Made by a program: the position numbers and the translations under genes. A stretch of 64,000 nt of DNA, taken from positions 5,252 through 69,251 of the forward strand of contig CAZKOO010000003.1 of the NCBI GenBank assembly GCA_964554435.1, written 5' to 3'. Positions 10,031-19,443 of the stretch are shown one piece after another. The notes beneath the pieces are model-generated. The model saw nothing but the letters and a program-made list of their open reading frames with translations. It ran no database searches and was not told where the DNA came from. How positions within the stretch are numbered: the stretch's first letter is position 1; every line of letters begins with the position of its first letter. Source of the DNA: an uncultured Candidatus Peribacteria bacterium. Its GTDB lineage: Bacteria > Patescibacteriota > Gracilibacteria > Peribacterales > Peribacteraceae.

Positions 10031-11014
10031 ATGCGCTATCTCAGCATTATTACCGGCAGCATCATTCTCCTAATTGGTCTCTCCATTCTTTTTATTTCTC
10101 AAAAGGAGCAAATCTCTTCCTCTTTACGAGGAAGTATTGTTTCCAAAGATGTACGAATTGAGCGCATTCGATCCATGGTGGACATCAACCCTGCAGACTT
10201 CACACTCACAAAACAAGAGATGAAAAACGCAATGGTGACAGCAATTATAAAAGTAATTATTGGCACCGATCTCACGTATGATTTCAGTGGAAATGGCATA
10301 CTAAATAAAGAGGATCTTCGTTTTTTCTTAGAAGTGATACAGTACCTTCTTTCCTGTGGAAATGGTGGAACGAGCAACATAGAAGAGTGCGATGACGGAA
10401 ACACGTTCTCAGGAGATGGATGTAGCGCCATCTGCACTCAAGAAGATGGATTTATTTGTAGTTATGAACCAGATTCGCCAAGTATCTGCGAAAACAATCC
10501 TCTACCATATTGTGGAAACGGAAAAACTAATGTCACAGAAGAGTGCGATGATGGAAACACACATAATGGAGATGGTTGTTCGGCACAGTGTAACATTGAA
10601 CAAGGATATACATGCGAGATTACAGCACTGGAAATGAGCGCATGTTACGTATGTGGTAATGGAAAAATAGAAATGTATGAAGAGTGTGATGACGGAAACA
10701 CCGTCAGTGGAGATGGCTGTACTGGCACAGATCCAAATCTTAGACAAGCAGCCTGTAAACTTGATTTTTGTGGAAATGGAAGGCTCGAGGTTGAAAAACG
10801 AGAGCAATGTGATGATGGTAGTAGGAATGCACTATCATGTGTTGCTACTTCAGATCAGGAATTTTGTTCATTCTGCCGTAGTGTTTGGTGCACTGTGGTA
10901 CGACAACCAAATCCATGTGGAAATGGCATTCTCGATCCAGGAGAAGAATGTGATGAGGGGCGCGAAAGCTCCTCTAGATGCTCAAATACTTGTAAAAGTC
11001 TTATTCTCATGTAA
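10031..11014 (+). CDS. cysteine-rich-repeat protein with N-terminal dockerin-like module
   Basis: I prefer ATG 10031 over the track's TTG 10025. TM helix IITGSIILLIGLSILFI. VDINPADFTLTKQEMKNAM and YDFSGNGILNKEDLRFFLEVIQYLL form a loop-helix pair. Five to six repeats of the CGNG..E.CDDGN..SGDGCS type follow. Confidence 0.75.
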   Translation: MRYLSIITGSIILLIGLSILFISQKEQISSSLRGSIVSKDVRIERIRSMVDINPADFTLTKQEMKNAMVTAIIKVIIGTDLTYDFSGNGILNKEDLRFFLEVIQYLLSCGNGGTSNIEECDDGNTFSGDGCSAICTQEDGFICSYEPDSPSICENNPLPYCGNGKTNVTEECDDGNTHNGDGCSAQCNIEQGYTCEITALEMSACYVCGNGKIEMYEECDDGNTVSGDGCTGTDPNLRQAACKLDFCGNGRLEVEKREQCDDGSRNALSCVATSDQEFCSFCRSVWCTVVRQPNPCGNGILDPGEECDEGRESSSRCSNTCKSLILM

Positions 11015-11034
11015 ATACCCCCTCCCCCCTCTCT

Positions 11035-11829
11035 ATGCGTCATGACTCCCTCAAGATCATCGGTATACTCGTCATTGTTGCGTGCATCGTATTCCTTGTA
11101 AAAAAAGGATCATTCTCATCGATACGAGGAGAACTCCTCGCGCCAGACACAACAGTGTACGAACGAGTACGCACCATGGTGGACATCAACCCTGCAGACT
11201 TCACACTCACAAAACGAGAGATGAAAACGGCAATGGTGACAGCAATTACAAAAGTAATTATTGGCACCGATCTCACCTATGATTTCAGTGGAAATGGCGC
11301 CATCAGTAAGAATGATTTGCGTCTATTCTTAAGCGCTATTCAATATCTTCTCACCTGTGGAAATGGACAAATCACAAGCCCAGAAACCTGTGACGATGGC
11401 AACACACGAAATGAAGATGGATGTAGCGCCATCTGCACGACAGAAACTGGCTTTACCTGTACTGGTACACCAAGTGTGTGCCAAGGCATTCCATCCACAC
11501 AATGTGGAAATGGAACAGTCGAAGCAGGCGAACAGTGTGATGATGGAAATACAGTGAGTGGAGATGGATGTAGTGGAACTGAGGCAAACATTCCAAATGG
11601 TGCGTGCCAACATGAATTCTGTGGAGATGGATACAAAGATGCCGATGGACACCCAGGTGACCCCTCAACCATTGAGCAATGTGACGATGGAGGGGTGTGC
11701 CAAGGAGGACCAAATGATGGAAACCCCTGCACTGGTTTTCTGGATGACCCTGCCTGTGGAGCGCAAGGAACATGTATGAAAATCAACTCTCCTATTTGTT
11801 CTGCATCATGCACTCTTCTTAGTCTATAA
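11035..11829 (+). CDS. cysteine-rich-repeat protein with N-terminal dockerin-like module
   Basis: The N-terminal ~100 aa are close to the 10031 gene (VDINPADFTLTKREMKTAMVTAITKVIIGTDLTYDFSGNGAISKNDLRLFL). Cys-rich repeats follow. Confidence 0.75.
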   Translation: MRHDSLKIIGILVIVACIVFLVKKGSFSSIRGELLAPDTTVYERVRTMVDINPADFTLTKREMKTAMVTAITKVIIGTDLTYDFSGNGAISKNDLRLFLSAIQYLLTCGNGQITSPETCDDGNTRNEDGCSAICTTETGFTCTGTPSVCQGIPSTQCGNGTVEAGEQCDDGNTVSGDGCSGTEANIPNGACQHEFCGDGYKDADGHPGDPSTIEQCDDGGVCQGGPNDGNPCTGFLDDPACGAQGTCMKINSPICSASCTLLSL

Positions 11830-11843
11830 TCCCCCATCTTCAT

Positions 11844-14519
11844 ATGAAAAACATGCGTTTCACAGCACTATCAACACCACTTTTCATTGTAACGAGTATT
11901 ATAGTACTTGCAATACTGATGGTAACAACAACACTCCTACCATCAAACAAAGCGCTATTAATACAAAATGTGGAACGCTTTGATATTCCAAGCAACGCAC
12001 GCATTGTCACAGTCACAAACCTGAATGCAGATGGACCAGGTAGCTTCACCGATGCCATGCTGCAAACAGGGCCACGTGTTATTGTGTTTGAAGTCGGAGG
12101 AGTCATCGACTTGCGCTCGAAGTCAGCACAAAGACTTACTCAAATGATTTCACTGAAGAATGGAAATGGGAATGTGGTTGTTGCAGGAGAAACAGCGCCA
12201 TCTCCAGGAATTCATCTGATTGGTGCACCACTTGAAATTCTCACATCAAATGTTGTTATTCGACACTTGAGCATCTACACAGGCACTCAATTCCCATATT
12301 ATTTAAGTTCCGATGCTCTGAAGATCGACTCATTTGGAGGAAATAACATTCGTAATATTCTCATTGAAAACAATACCTTTCTCTGGGCAATTGATGAAAC
12401 CGGAGAGCTGTGGACTGATCCTCTCAATTATGACGTTGGACGTATTAAAGATATCATTTTCCGCAAAAATATCTTCGGAGAAGCACTTCTTGCTGCTAAT
12501 CAAGGCACAGGAAATCCTGAAGGAGCACTTCATCCAAAAGGCCCACACTCCAACGGATTTTTACTCTCTCACGGAGCTCAGCAGATTACATTTGAACGCA
12601 ATATTTTTGCCAGCAACTATCGAAGAAATCCATGGATCACTGGAAATACAACGTCGTTTTTCTTAAATAACCTCATCTTCAATCCCGATCGTCATGCGTT
12701 CATCTTCTCGGGAGGAAATGTGTATGGCGACCCTCCAAAAGATGTACTAAGTGCTCAAGTAACAGCGGTAGGAAACGTTGCTTTTGCTGGTCAGGACACA
12801 CAAGATTGGCTGATGGGCGATACTGATGGACAACCAAAAATGTTCTTTGGCGCACCAGATTCAGTGGGAAGAAATACAAAACTCTATCTGGATGATAATG
12901 CATTCTTTGCAAGAAATGGATCACTCATTGGAAAGGACTGGGGTGTAGTGTATGACTCGAATGAAAATTCAGAATTTGCACTACAGGGCTCAGAAACGCC
13001 AATGACATGGTATCCGCTCTCAAGCTACTCCGTTCTCCCATCTTCACAGGTAAAAACAACTGTTTTGAACGAAGCTGGAGCACGACCATTTGATAGCAAT
13101 CGTCCGCATACAAGTCGCCTCATCAATGCCATGAAAGATGGTACAAGTCGCATCGTAAACGTTGAAGCAGACGTGGGAGGCTATCCTGTTCTTACAAAAA
13201 CAACGCGCGCATTTACTATTGCAACGCTTGACCCCATTCCCGCTGGCTATTTAGCATTATCAACAATTGGAACCAGTCAAGGACTGACATCTTCCATTTT
13301 TAACACATCTTCAAGTCAATCGAGTCTTCCGACGACAGCAACAGTTACTCTCCCGACACCTGTTGGTCAATGGCTCATGAACAGCACCACTCTTCTTCCA
13401 GACGTCTCCAATCACGGAAATACTCTCACGCTTATGGGAAGTGTACCAAAGGTCACTGCAGATACACAGTACGCAGCAAGTTTTACTGGAAACATCAATA
13501 ACTATCTCTTTGCAAACCCATCGAGCACCATCAACATGAATGGAAACAGCTTTACCATCAGTGCGTGGTTTAAGCCAACGGATGTCACGTCCGGCATTCG
13601 TGGTATCGTCTCAAAATCAAAAATGGGGCGCTTTGGCGATGCTCCCATTCAAATTTATCATGAGAATGATGTGGTCCGTATGAGTATTGGTGACTCCACT
13701 ATTCAAACGAGTGGCGACCCATATTTTCTTGGAAAAACACGCGCCGATAACATCTTCTCTCCAGCACATATTGAAGCAGGTCGATGGAACCATGTTCTTG
13801 CATGGTACGACGCAACAGAAGATGTGATGGGTATTTCAGTGAATGGCGAAACTCCTACAGTAAAACCAACTCCCTATACAAGGGGTTACGATTTTTTCAC
13901 TGATACCACACCATTCAATATTGGAAAAATGTATAGTCAAGCACCCTTCAATGGTCTCCTCTCGCACATCGAAATGTGGAGAACAATTCTCACGCCTGAA
14001 CAACGAAAGAAACTCTTCCAAGAGAACGTCCACTGCACCGCAGGAACGCTCGACTGTACGCTTTCTTCGATGATCATCAGCCCTGACGAGGAAGGATTTT
14101 ACGCATATGGTTTTGAAAAGACGACCACCCCTGCGTTCCGAGGAGTCACGAAAGATCGCGATGTTCCTTCTCTTCTTGTAACGCCAGTAAAAAAAGGAAT
14201 CTGGCTACTCAAAGACGCTGAAGCAGGAACCTATGACGTCTTCACGACATGGACCCAAACCCCCACTCGCACACAAAACGTTCCTCTCCGTATTGTGGTA
14301 CCTGGAGAGCAACTTGCACCAATTGCTACAACGATCAATCAAGCAAATGCTCCGCGTATTGACTCTTCATTTGGCAATGGAAAATGGCAAAAGATTGGCA
14401 GTGTAACACTGCTGAACCGAGGATCGATTCGCGTTGAACTCTCACCTGGAACATCGAGTACGAACGCAAGAACAACACTCGATTCTGTGCTATTTCAGAA
14501 GAAAACAATCCTACAATAG
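11844..14519 (+). CDS. secreted pectate-lyase-fold beta-helix protein fused to a LamG/concanavalin-like domain
   Basis: 891 aa with a signal anchor. VTVTNLNADGPGSFTDAMLQTGPRVIVFEVGGVIDL resembles the pectate-lyase N-terminal motif. GNSFTISAWFKPTD...GRWNHVLAWYD is typical of the LamG (Laminin_G_3-like) fold. Confidence 0.6.
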   Translation: MKNMRFTALSTPLFIVTSIIVLAILMVTTTLLPSNKALLIQNVERFDIPSNARIVTVTNLNADGPGSFTDAMLQTGPRVIVFEVGGVIDLRSKSAQRLTQMISLKNGNGNVVVAGETAPSPGIHLIGAPLEILTSNVVIRHLSIYTGTQFPYYLSSDALKIDSFGGNNIRNILIENNTFLWAIDETGELWTDPLNYDVGRIKDIIFRKNIFGEALLAANQGTGNPEGALHPKGPHSNGFLLSHGAQQITFERNIFASNYRRNPWITGNTTSFFLNNLIFNPDRHAFIFSGGNVYGDPPKDVLSAQVTAVGNVAFAGQDTQDWLMGDTDGQPKMFFGAPDSVGRNTKLYLDDNAFFARNGSLIGKDWGVVYDSNENSEFALQGSETPMTWYPLSSYSVLPSSQVKTTVLNEAGARPFDSNRPHTSRLINAMKDGTSRIVNVEADVGGYPVLTKTTRAFTIATLDPIPAGYLALSTIGTSQGLTSSIFNTSSSQSSLPTTATVTLPTPVGQWLMNSTTLLPDVSNHGNTLTLMGSVPKVTADTQYAASFTGNINNYLFANPSSTINMNGNSFTISAWFKPTDVTSGIRGIVSKSKMGRFGDAPIQIYHENDVVRMSIGDSTIQTSGDPYFLGKTRADNIFSPAHIEAGRWNHVLAWYDATEDVMGISVNGETPTVKPTPYTRGYDFFTDTTPFNIGKMYSQAPFNGLLSHIEMWRTILTPEQRKKLFQENVHCTAGTLDCTLSSMIISPDEEGFYAYGFEKTTTPAFRGVTKDRDVPSLLVTPVKKGIWLLKDAEAGTYDVFTTWTQTPTRTQNVPLRIVVPGEQLAPIATTINQANAPRIDSSFGNGKWQKIGSVTLLNRGSIRVELSPGTSSTNARTTLDSVLFQKKTILQ

Positions 14520-14528
14520 GAGATGATT

Positions 14529-15260
14529 TTAGAGTGAAATAGCATTGGTATGCACCTCAGACACATCATCATTCTCCTCGAGGACCTCAATAAGGTGCTC
14601 AAGGCTTTCTAGTGCAGAAGAATCGAGAGGAGTGGTTTGCTTTGGAATATACTGTAGCTCTGCAGAATCGATGACTATTCCCTGTGAAAGAAGGAATGCA
14701 CGTGCCTGAGCAAGAGAAGACATCTCTGTCGTGATGTGAATGGAATCGTCAAGAACCTCAAAATCCTCTGCTCCATGGTCGATGAGGGCTAACTCTAGTT
14801 CTTCCAGAGAAGACGCGTCTACGGTGCCTTTTTGTGCCACGATGACACCCTTGCGTGCGAACATCCACAGAACAGAACCATTCTCTGCAAAACGACCACC
14901 ATTCTTTCCAAGTGCTGTCTTCACAGCAGTGAGCGAGCGATTGCGATTGTCGGTGAGACACTCAATGAGAAGCGCAACACCAGAAGGACCATATCCTTCG
15001 TACATCACTTCTTCCATCGCATCTCCCTTCAGTGCGCCAGTGCCTTTTTGAATCGCACGATCGATGTTGGCATTGGGCACGCTCTCGGCTTTTGCTGAAT
15101 CAATCAATGTACGAAGACGTGCATTCGCACTCGGATCTCCTCCGCCTTCGCGTGCTGCAATCTCAATGAGGCGAGCATACTTGGTGTAGATCTTCCCTTT
15201 TCGCGCATCGGTTGCTGTTTTGCGTACGCGAATATTATGCCACTTTGAGTGTCCTGACAT
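14529..15260 (-). CDS. yebC: YebC/PmpR family DNA-binding transcriptional regulator
   Basis: MSGHSKWHNIRVRKTATDARKGKIYTK.. is the canonical N-terminus; typical length of 243 aa. Confidence 0.95.
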   Translation of the reverse strand: MSGHSKWHNIRVRKTATDARKGKIYTKYARLIEIAAREGGGDPSANARLRTLIDSAKAESVPNANIDRAIQKGTGALKGDAMEEVMYEGYGPSGVALLIECLTDNRNRSLTAVKTALGKNGGRFAENGSVLWMFARKGVIVAQKGTVDASSLEELELALIDHGAEDFEVLDDSIHITTEMSSLAQARAFLLSQGIVIDSAELQYIPKQTTPLDSSALESLEHLIEVLEENDDVSEVHTNAISL

Positions 15261-15283
15261 AGAAAGAAAGGAAGAAAAAGGAA

Positions 15284-15520
15284 TTACTTACGGTACGCAA
15301 GGAAGCCCATAAAACGTGCGCGCTCTACTGCGTTCTTGAGCATCTTCTGATATTTGAGAGACACGCCAGTGTAGTAACGCTTACGAATGTTTCCAAAGTA
15401 ATCGACGTATGGCTTCATTGTTGGGTAGTCTTTATAGTCGATGTACTGTGTGTTCGTCTTTGTAAACGGACACATCTTTTTCTGTACAGTCTTTACTTTT
15501 TGTTGGTTGTTGGTAGACAT
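15284..15520 (-). CDS. rpsR: 30S ribosomal protein S18
   Basis: CPFTK..IDYKDY..MKPYV..GNIRKRYYTGVSLKYQKMLKNAVERARFMGFL. Confidence 0.95.
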   Translation of the reverse strand: MSTNNQQKVKTVQKKMCPFTKTNTQYIDYKDYPTMKPYVDYFGNIRKRYYTGVSLKYQKMLKNAVERARFMGFLAYRK

Positions 15521-15533
15521 AGTTATAAGTGGG

Positions 15534-15550
15534 TAGTTGTTAGTAGGTAG
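15534..15550 (-). repeat. dispersed 17-nt intergenic motif (exact CTACCTACTAACAACTA on minus strand)
   Basis: The plus strand reads TAGTTGTTAGTAGGTAG. Sense to rpsR, 13 nt upstream of its ATG, in the rpsF-rpsR spacer. Confidence 0.75.
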
Positions 15551-15594
15551 TAATAAGGGAAGTTCATTCTTAATTGTTAATTATTAAAAACAAA

Positions 15595-16143
15595 TTACAT
15601 CTTCAAATCTTCATCGGAAATGAGCTTATCAAGTTCATGGGAAATATCATCTGTCTTAAGAGTAACAGATTTCTTTGCAGATTCTGGCTTTTTGAGAGCA
15701 CGCTTTGCAGTGGTAGCAACCTGCTCTTTTACTTTGTCTTCCTTCTTCTGGCGACGCATGTCACTCACACTCACGCGTGTTTTAAGCCAGTCTTGGTAAC
15801 GACTTTCGTAACTGACTGCCTCATATCCCTTTGGTGGAAGCACGATAAGGTGACGCAAAACACCACGCTCGAGACGAAGTTGCTCATCAAATTCACGAAC
15901 GTTTTTTGGATCCATCTCTACGTAGTAGATCACGTACTTTGCTTCTGTGTGACCATCGATAGGATACGCAAGACCGCGCTTGCTCCATGGATCTTTGAAC
16001 AGAGTGATGGCTTTTGCTTCAGCAAAAAGACCATCAATATTTTTAAGGAGAAGAGTCTCGGACTTCTGATCGAGTGTTGCAGGATACATCACAGCAACTT
16101 CGTAGATGCGGACATCCTCATTACTTGGGATAAGTGTAGGCAT
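15595..16143 (-). CDS. rpsF: 30S ribosomal protein S6 with Lys/Glu-rich C-terminal extension
   Basis: I prefer ATG 16143 (MPTLIPSNEDVRIYEVAVMY...) over the track start at 16230. The S6 core reads ...WSKRGLAYPIDGHTEAKYVIYYVEMDP.... Confidence 0.9.
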   Translation of the reverse strand: MPTLIPSNEDVRIYEVAVMYPATLDQKSETLLLKNIDGLFAEAKAITLFKDPWSKRGLAYPIDGHTEAKYVIYYVEMDPKNVREFDEQLRLERGVLRHLIVLPPKGYEAVSYESRYQDWLKTRVSVSDMRRQKKEDKVKEQVATTAKRALKKPESAKKSVTLKTDDISHELDKLISDEDLKM

Positions 16144-16268
16144 AAAACTTGTGGGTAAAACCCGTTCCTTTGAGCAGGAAGGGGAAGAAATAAGCTGAAA
16201 TACTCTACGAGAAGACAAGTGATATGTCAAGAAGAGAGAAGGGAAAGAAGATGGTATACTGACTCTCT

Positions 16269-18857
16269 ATGCGCGCTCGGTCACTTCTCTCTCTCCCTCT
16301 TCTTGTCATATTGATGATGCAAAGCATCGTTCCTTTGTCAGATGCATTTGCACAGGAAAGTGATAGTTCCATCCTCTTTGTAGAAAAAAAATTTACGAAA
16401 CCTATTGATGCGCTCAGCATCAGACTTCCTGAGTCGCAAGAGGCTGTCTTGTATCAATACGAACACAAAGGGAGATGGTCAACGTGGCAAGAATATGACA
16501 ATGATGGCGACGCAATATCAGGTGAGGAATCGGAACTATTCATGATCCCCAAAGGAGTAACAGGCGTTCGTATTCATCCTTCCATTGCCGAGAAAGACAT
16601 TCATGAAATTATTGTCTCGCATGAACCATTACAATATAACATTGTCAGCACAAAAAATGTCGAGCGAAGAATCATGACAAGAGCGGAATGGGGTGCAGAT
16701 GAGAGTGTGGCATTGCGCTCTCCTATGCCTTCATCGGACAGTGATGGAAATGCAACAAAGGGAGATAATGGATCGCTACAGACCAATGAAAAACGAGAGC
16801 AAGATTGCATGAATTTGCGCAATGCGTTTTCTGGTGAATTTACCATCGATCACACTGTATCAAAAGATAAAAAGGGACGATCGTACAGTTGGCCACTGCA
16901 ATATTCAAAAGATGTGCGTCTTTTAGTGGTGCATCATACTGCACTTGGCGTCACGAACGATCCAAGATCAGGAGTGGAACGCATGCGTGCGCTCTACAAA
17001 TATCACGCCATCAATAAAGGATGGGGAGATATTGGCTACCACTACGCAATTGATGAAAAAGGAATGATCTACGAAGGAAGAGCAGGGGGTTCAAAGGTGA
17101 TCGGAGGACATGCCTACTGCAACAACATCGGCACTATTGGCGTTGTGCTGATGGGGAATTTTGAGCTTGAAAAACCAAGCCAAGCACAGGCAAAAAGTTT
17201 GCAATGGCTTCTTGCTGATCTCTCAAAAGAGTACAACATCAACCTTGCAAAGCCTGTGACATTTCACGGAAAAACCTTCAAAAGCCCCATTGTTGGACAT
17301 CGTGACCTTCTTTCCACTGCCTGCCCAGGCGCAACGCTCTTTGCAGGGCTTGCACAAATACGAAGTAATACTGTTGATGGAAGGCTCGATAGTGCAGTCG
17401 ATTTTCCTGAGCCTCCACACTCTCTTTCTTCGTCAAAAAATACGAGTGGCGGAACACTCCAAAATACCCTCGATCAGAACGGCATGCAGGAAGGAATTGG
17501 TTTTACAGGACGCACGCAAATTGGCATGAATCCTGGAGGAAAACAACGCATCAGTTTTACCTACACAACAGGACAAGATGGTGTGTATCAGGGGAAGAAA
17601 ATTGCTGATATTTCTCTTTCACATCCTGAGGTAAAACTATGGATTGATGATGGGCAGTATCTCCTTCCTGTGCGCACTGCCATCCTCAGTCCGTCGGATA
17701 TTCCTGCAGGTGAAACACTCTCGTTTCAGCTCATTCTTGAGGCACCGATGACCGCTGGCACCTACCCTCTTCGCATTGGAGGCATTGACTTGACACTAAT
17801 TGTGGAAGGACGTCGCGCACGCACAGGAACGTTCACAAATCCGTTCTACGCAAAGCCTGCACTCATTGTAAAACCACAGAGTAGTAGCTCATCCCCCTCT
17901 CTTTTGCAGAAAAAAATCGCTCGACAAACACAGAAGCAATCATCAAAAAAAACAAGATCAGAAAGCCTTTCTTCAAGTGCAACAACAAAAAAAACTTCAT
18001 CATCACTTTCTTCGCTAGTACCTAAAACCTATCACCTAGAACCTAACAACATCCGCATTGCTCTCTCAATTGACGCAGAGCCAATCATTGCCTTTCAAGA
18101 TGATGGATTTGTGGGAGACATGGCAATTCACGGAGGACGAGCATTCTCTCTTATCGGAAGAAAAGATGAATGCGTTGTACTGTCTCAGGGGCAAGAATTT
18201 GCACACGATCGAATCATTCGATTCAAATCAAACACATCGGTTCCGCTCACGGTACAAGGAGTGAAAGGGATGAACAGACTTTACCAAGGAAACCTCGAGT
18301 GTCGCATTGTCGACGGAGCACTCACGCTCATCAATGAACTTCCACTCGAAGAATACATGGCAGGCCTTGCCGAAGAACCAGATACCGAACCTTACGAAAA
18401 ACAACGTGCCTTTGCCATTGCAGCGAGGACATACGCCACCTATTACATGGATCCAAAGAATAGAAAATTCCCCGGAAAACCTTTTGATGGTTCCGATGAC
18501 CCTGCAAAATTTCAAGTGTATAAAGGAGTCGATTTTGCCATGCAAAACCCACAGTGGAAAAAGGCAGTAGAATCAACAAAAAAACAAGTACTTACCTATA
18601 AAAACGCGCTCATCAGACCCCCCTATTTTTCGAGTGATGATGGCAGAACACGCAGTCCAAGTGAAGCAGGTTGGAACAACTTTCCGAATGCAGAAATTCT
18701 TGAATCAAAACCAGACCCGTGGTGCACTGGCATGACCCTTCGAGGACACGGAGTAGGAATGTCAGGGTGCGGCGCAAAAGGTCAAGCAAAAGAAGGCCGA
18801 AGCGCAGAGCAAATCTTGCAGTACTACTACCCAGGTGTGAGGATTATTGAGCAGTAG
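16269..18857 (+). CDS. secreted peptidoglycan hydrolase: N-acetylmuramoyl-L-alanine amidase (Amidase_2/PGRP) fused to SpoIID/LytB domain
   Basis: Amidase_2 motifs: LVVHHTA, GYHYAIDEKGMIYEGRAGG, GHRDLLSTACPG. SpoIID motifs: LEEYMAGLAEEP..EKQRAFAIAARTYA, FQVYKG, YFSSDDGRT, GHGVGMSGCGA..ILQYYYPG. A Ser/Lys-rich linker lies between the two domains. Confidence 0.85.
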   Translation: MRARSLLSLPLLVILMMQSIVPLSDAFAQESDSSILFVEKKFTKPIDALSIRLPESQEAVLYQYEHKGRWSTWQEYDNDGDAISGEESELFMIPKGVTGVRIHPSIAEKDIHEIIVSHEPLQYNIVSTKNVERRIMTRAEWGADESVALRSPMPSSDSDGNATKGDNGSLQTNEKREQDCMNLRNAFSGEFTIDHTVSKDKKGRSYSWPLQYSKDVRLLVVHHTALGVTNDPRSGVERMRALYKYHAINKGWGDIGYHYAIDEKGMIYEGRAGGSKVIGGHAYCNNIGTIGVVLMGNFELEKPSQAQAKSLQWLLADLSKEYNINLAKPVTFHGKTFKSPIVGHRDLLSTACPGATLFAGLAQIRSNTVDGRLDSAVDFPEPPHSLSSSKNTSGGTLQNTLDQNGMQEGIGFTGRTQIGMNPGGKQRISFTYTTGQDGVYQGKKIADISLSHPEVKLWIDDGQYLLPVRTAILSPSDIPAGETLSFQLILEAPMTAGTYPLRIGGIDLTLIVEGRRARTGTFTNPFYAKPALIVKPQSSSSSPSLLQKKIARQTQKQSSKKTRSESLSSSATTKKTSSSLSSLVPKTYHLEPNNIRIALSIDAEPIIAFQDDGFVGDMAIHGGRAFSLIGRKDECVVLSQGQEFAHDRIIRFKSNTSVPLTVQGVKGMNRLYQGNLECRIVDGALTLINELPLEEYMAGLAEEPDTEPYEKQRAFAIAARTYATYYMDPKNRKFPGKPFDGSDDPAKFQVYKGVDFAMQNPQWKKAVESTKKQVLTYKNALIRPPYFSSDDGRTRSPSEAGWNNFPNAEILESKPDPWCTGMTLRGHGVGMSGCGAKGQAKEGRSAEQILQYYYPGVRIIEQ

Positions 18858-18864
18858 TACGGAT

Positions 18865-19071
18865 AATATAGCTACGTACATTTGTCGCCTTGATGAGCTT
18901 TGTATTCACTGTTCATGTGCGTAGCGTAAAGCGATGTGCATCTGTTTGAGGAGCGAAGCGACGAGTCTGCACATCGCAGCGGAGCACATGAAATACAGTG
19001 ATCAAAGCGAATCACGAGCGACGATTTTTTCTTTCGTTTCCTTTCTTTTGTAGCGACAAAAGAAAGGAAAA
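18865..19071 (+). repeat. structured intergenic repeat element, copy B
   Basis: Starts with AATATAGCTAC 7 nt after the TAG of the amidase-SpoIID gene. Near-identical to copy A apart from two indels. Ends with the CTTTTGTAGCGACAAAAG hairpin. Confidence 0.75.
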
Positions 19072-19157
19072 TGAGAAACGACATCATTCTTGGTGTCGAT
19101 TAATGAAAAAGTATAGTGGTTTGGCTATAAATCGATAAAATGTTTGCTTTGAGTGTT

Positions 19158-19319
19158 TTAGTTATGAATTGACGGAGGTTCAGGAGGTAGTAAATCCGGT
19201 CTTAATCTTTGGATTTCTGCTCGACGAGCCTCTTGAAATCTCTGTAAATAATCCTCTGGTCTTTCACCAACGTTCAATGGCAAACGCTCATGAAGAGGAG
19301 GGATTGATTGTATTTCCAT
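19158..19319 (-). CDS. hypothetical small protein (53 aa), below the ORF-track cutoff
   Basis: My hand translation gives MEIQSIPPLHERLPLNVGERPEDYLQRFQEARRAEIQRLRPDLLPPEPPSIHN*. It is the only open frame in a 355-nt spacer. No homology recognised. Confidence 0.3.
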   Translation of the reverse strand: MEIQSIPPLHERLPLNVGERPEDYLQRFQEARRAEIQRLRPDLLPPEPPSIHN

Positions 19320-19443
19320 AGTTCCTAAAAGCATAAAATAAAAGAGGAATAAATTATAGATATAATCTTCTCATTCATTGATAAAAAATCAACTATTTCC
19401 AAGTCACAACAAATAAAAGAGGATCAGTAAGAGAAAAAATCAC

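Noticed and set aside
15574-16158. 194-aa plus-strand ORF
   Set aside because: It is antisense to rpsF. The hydrophobic low-complexity translation is typical of a shadow frame.
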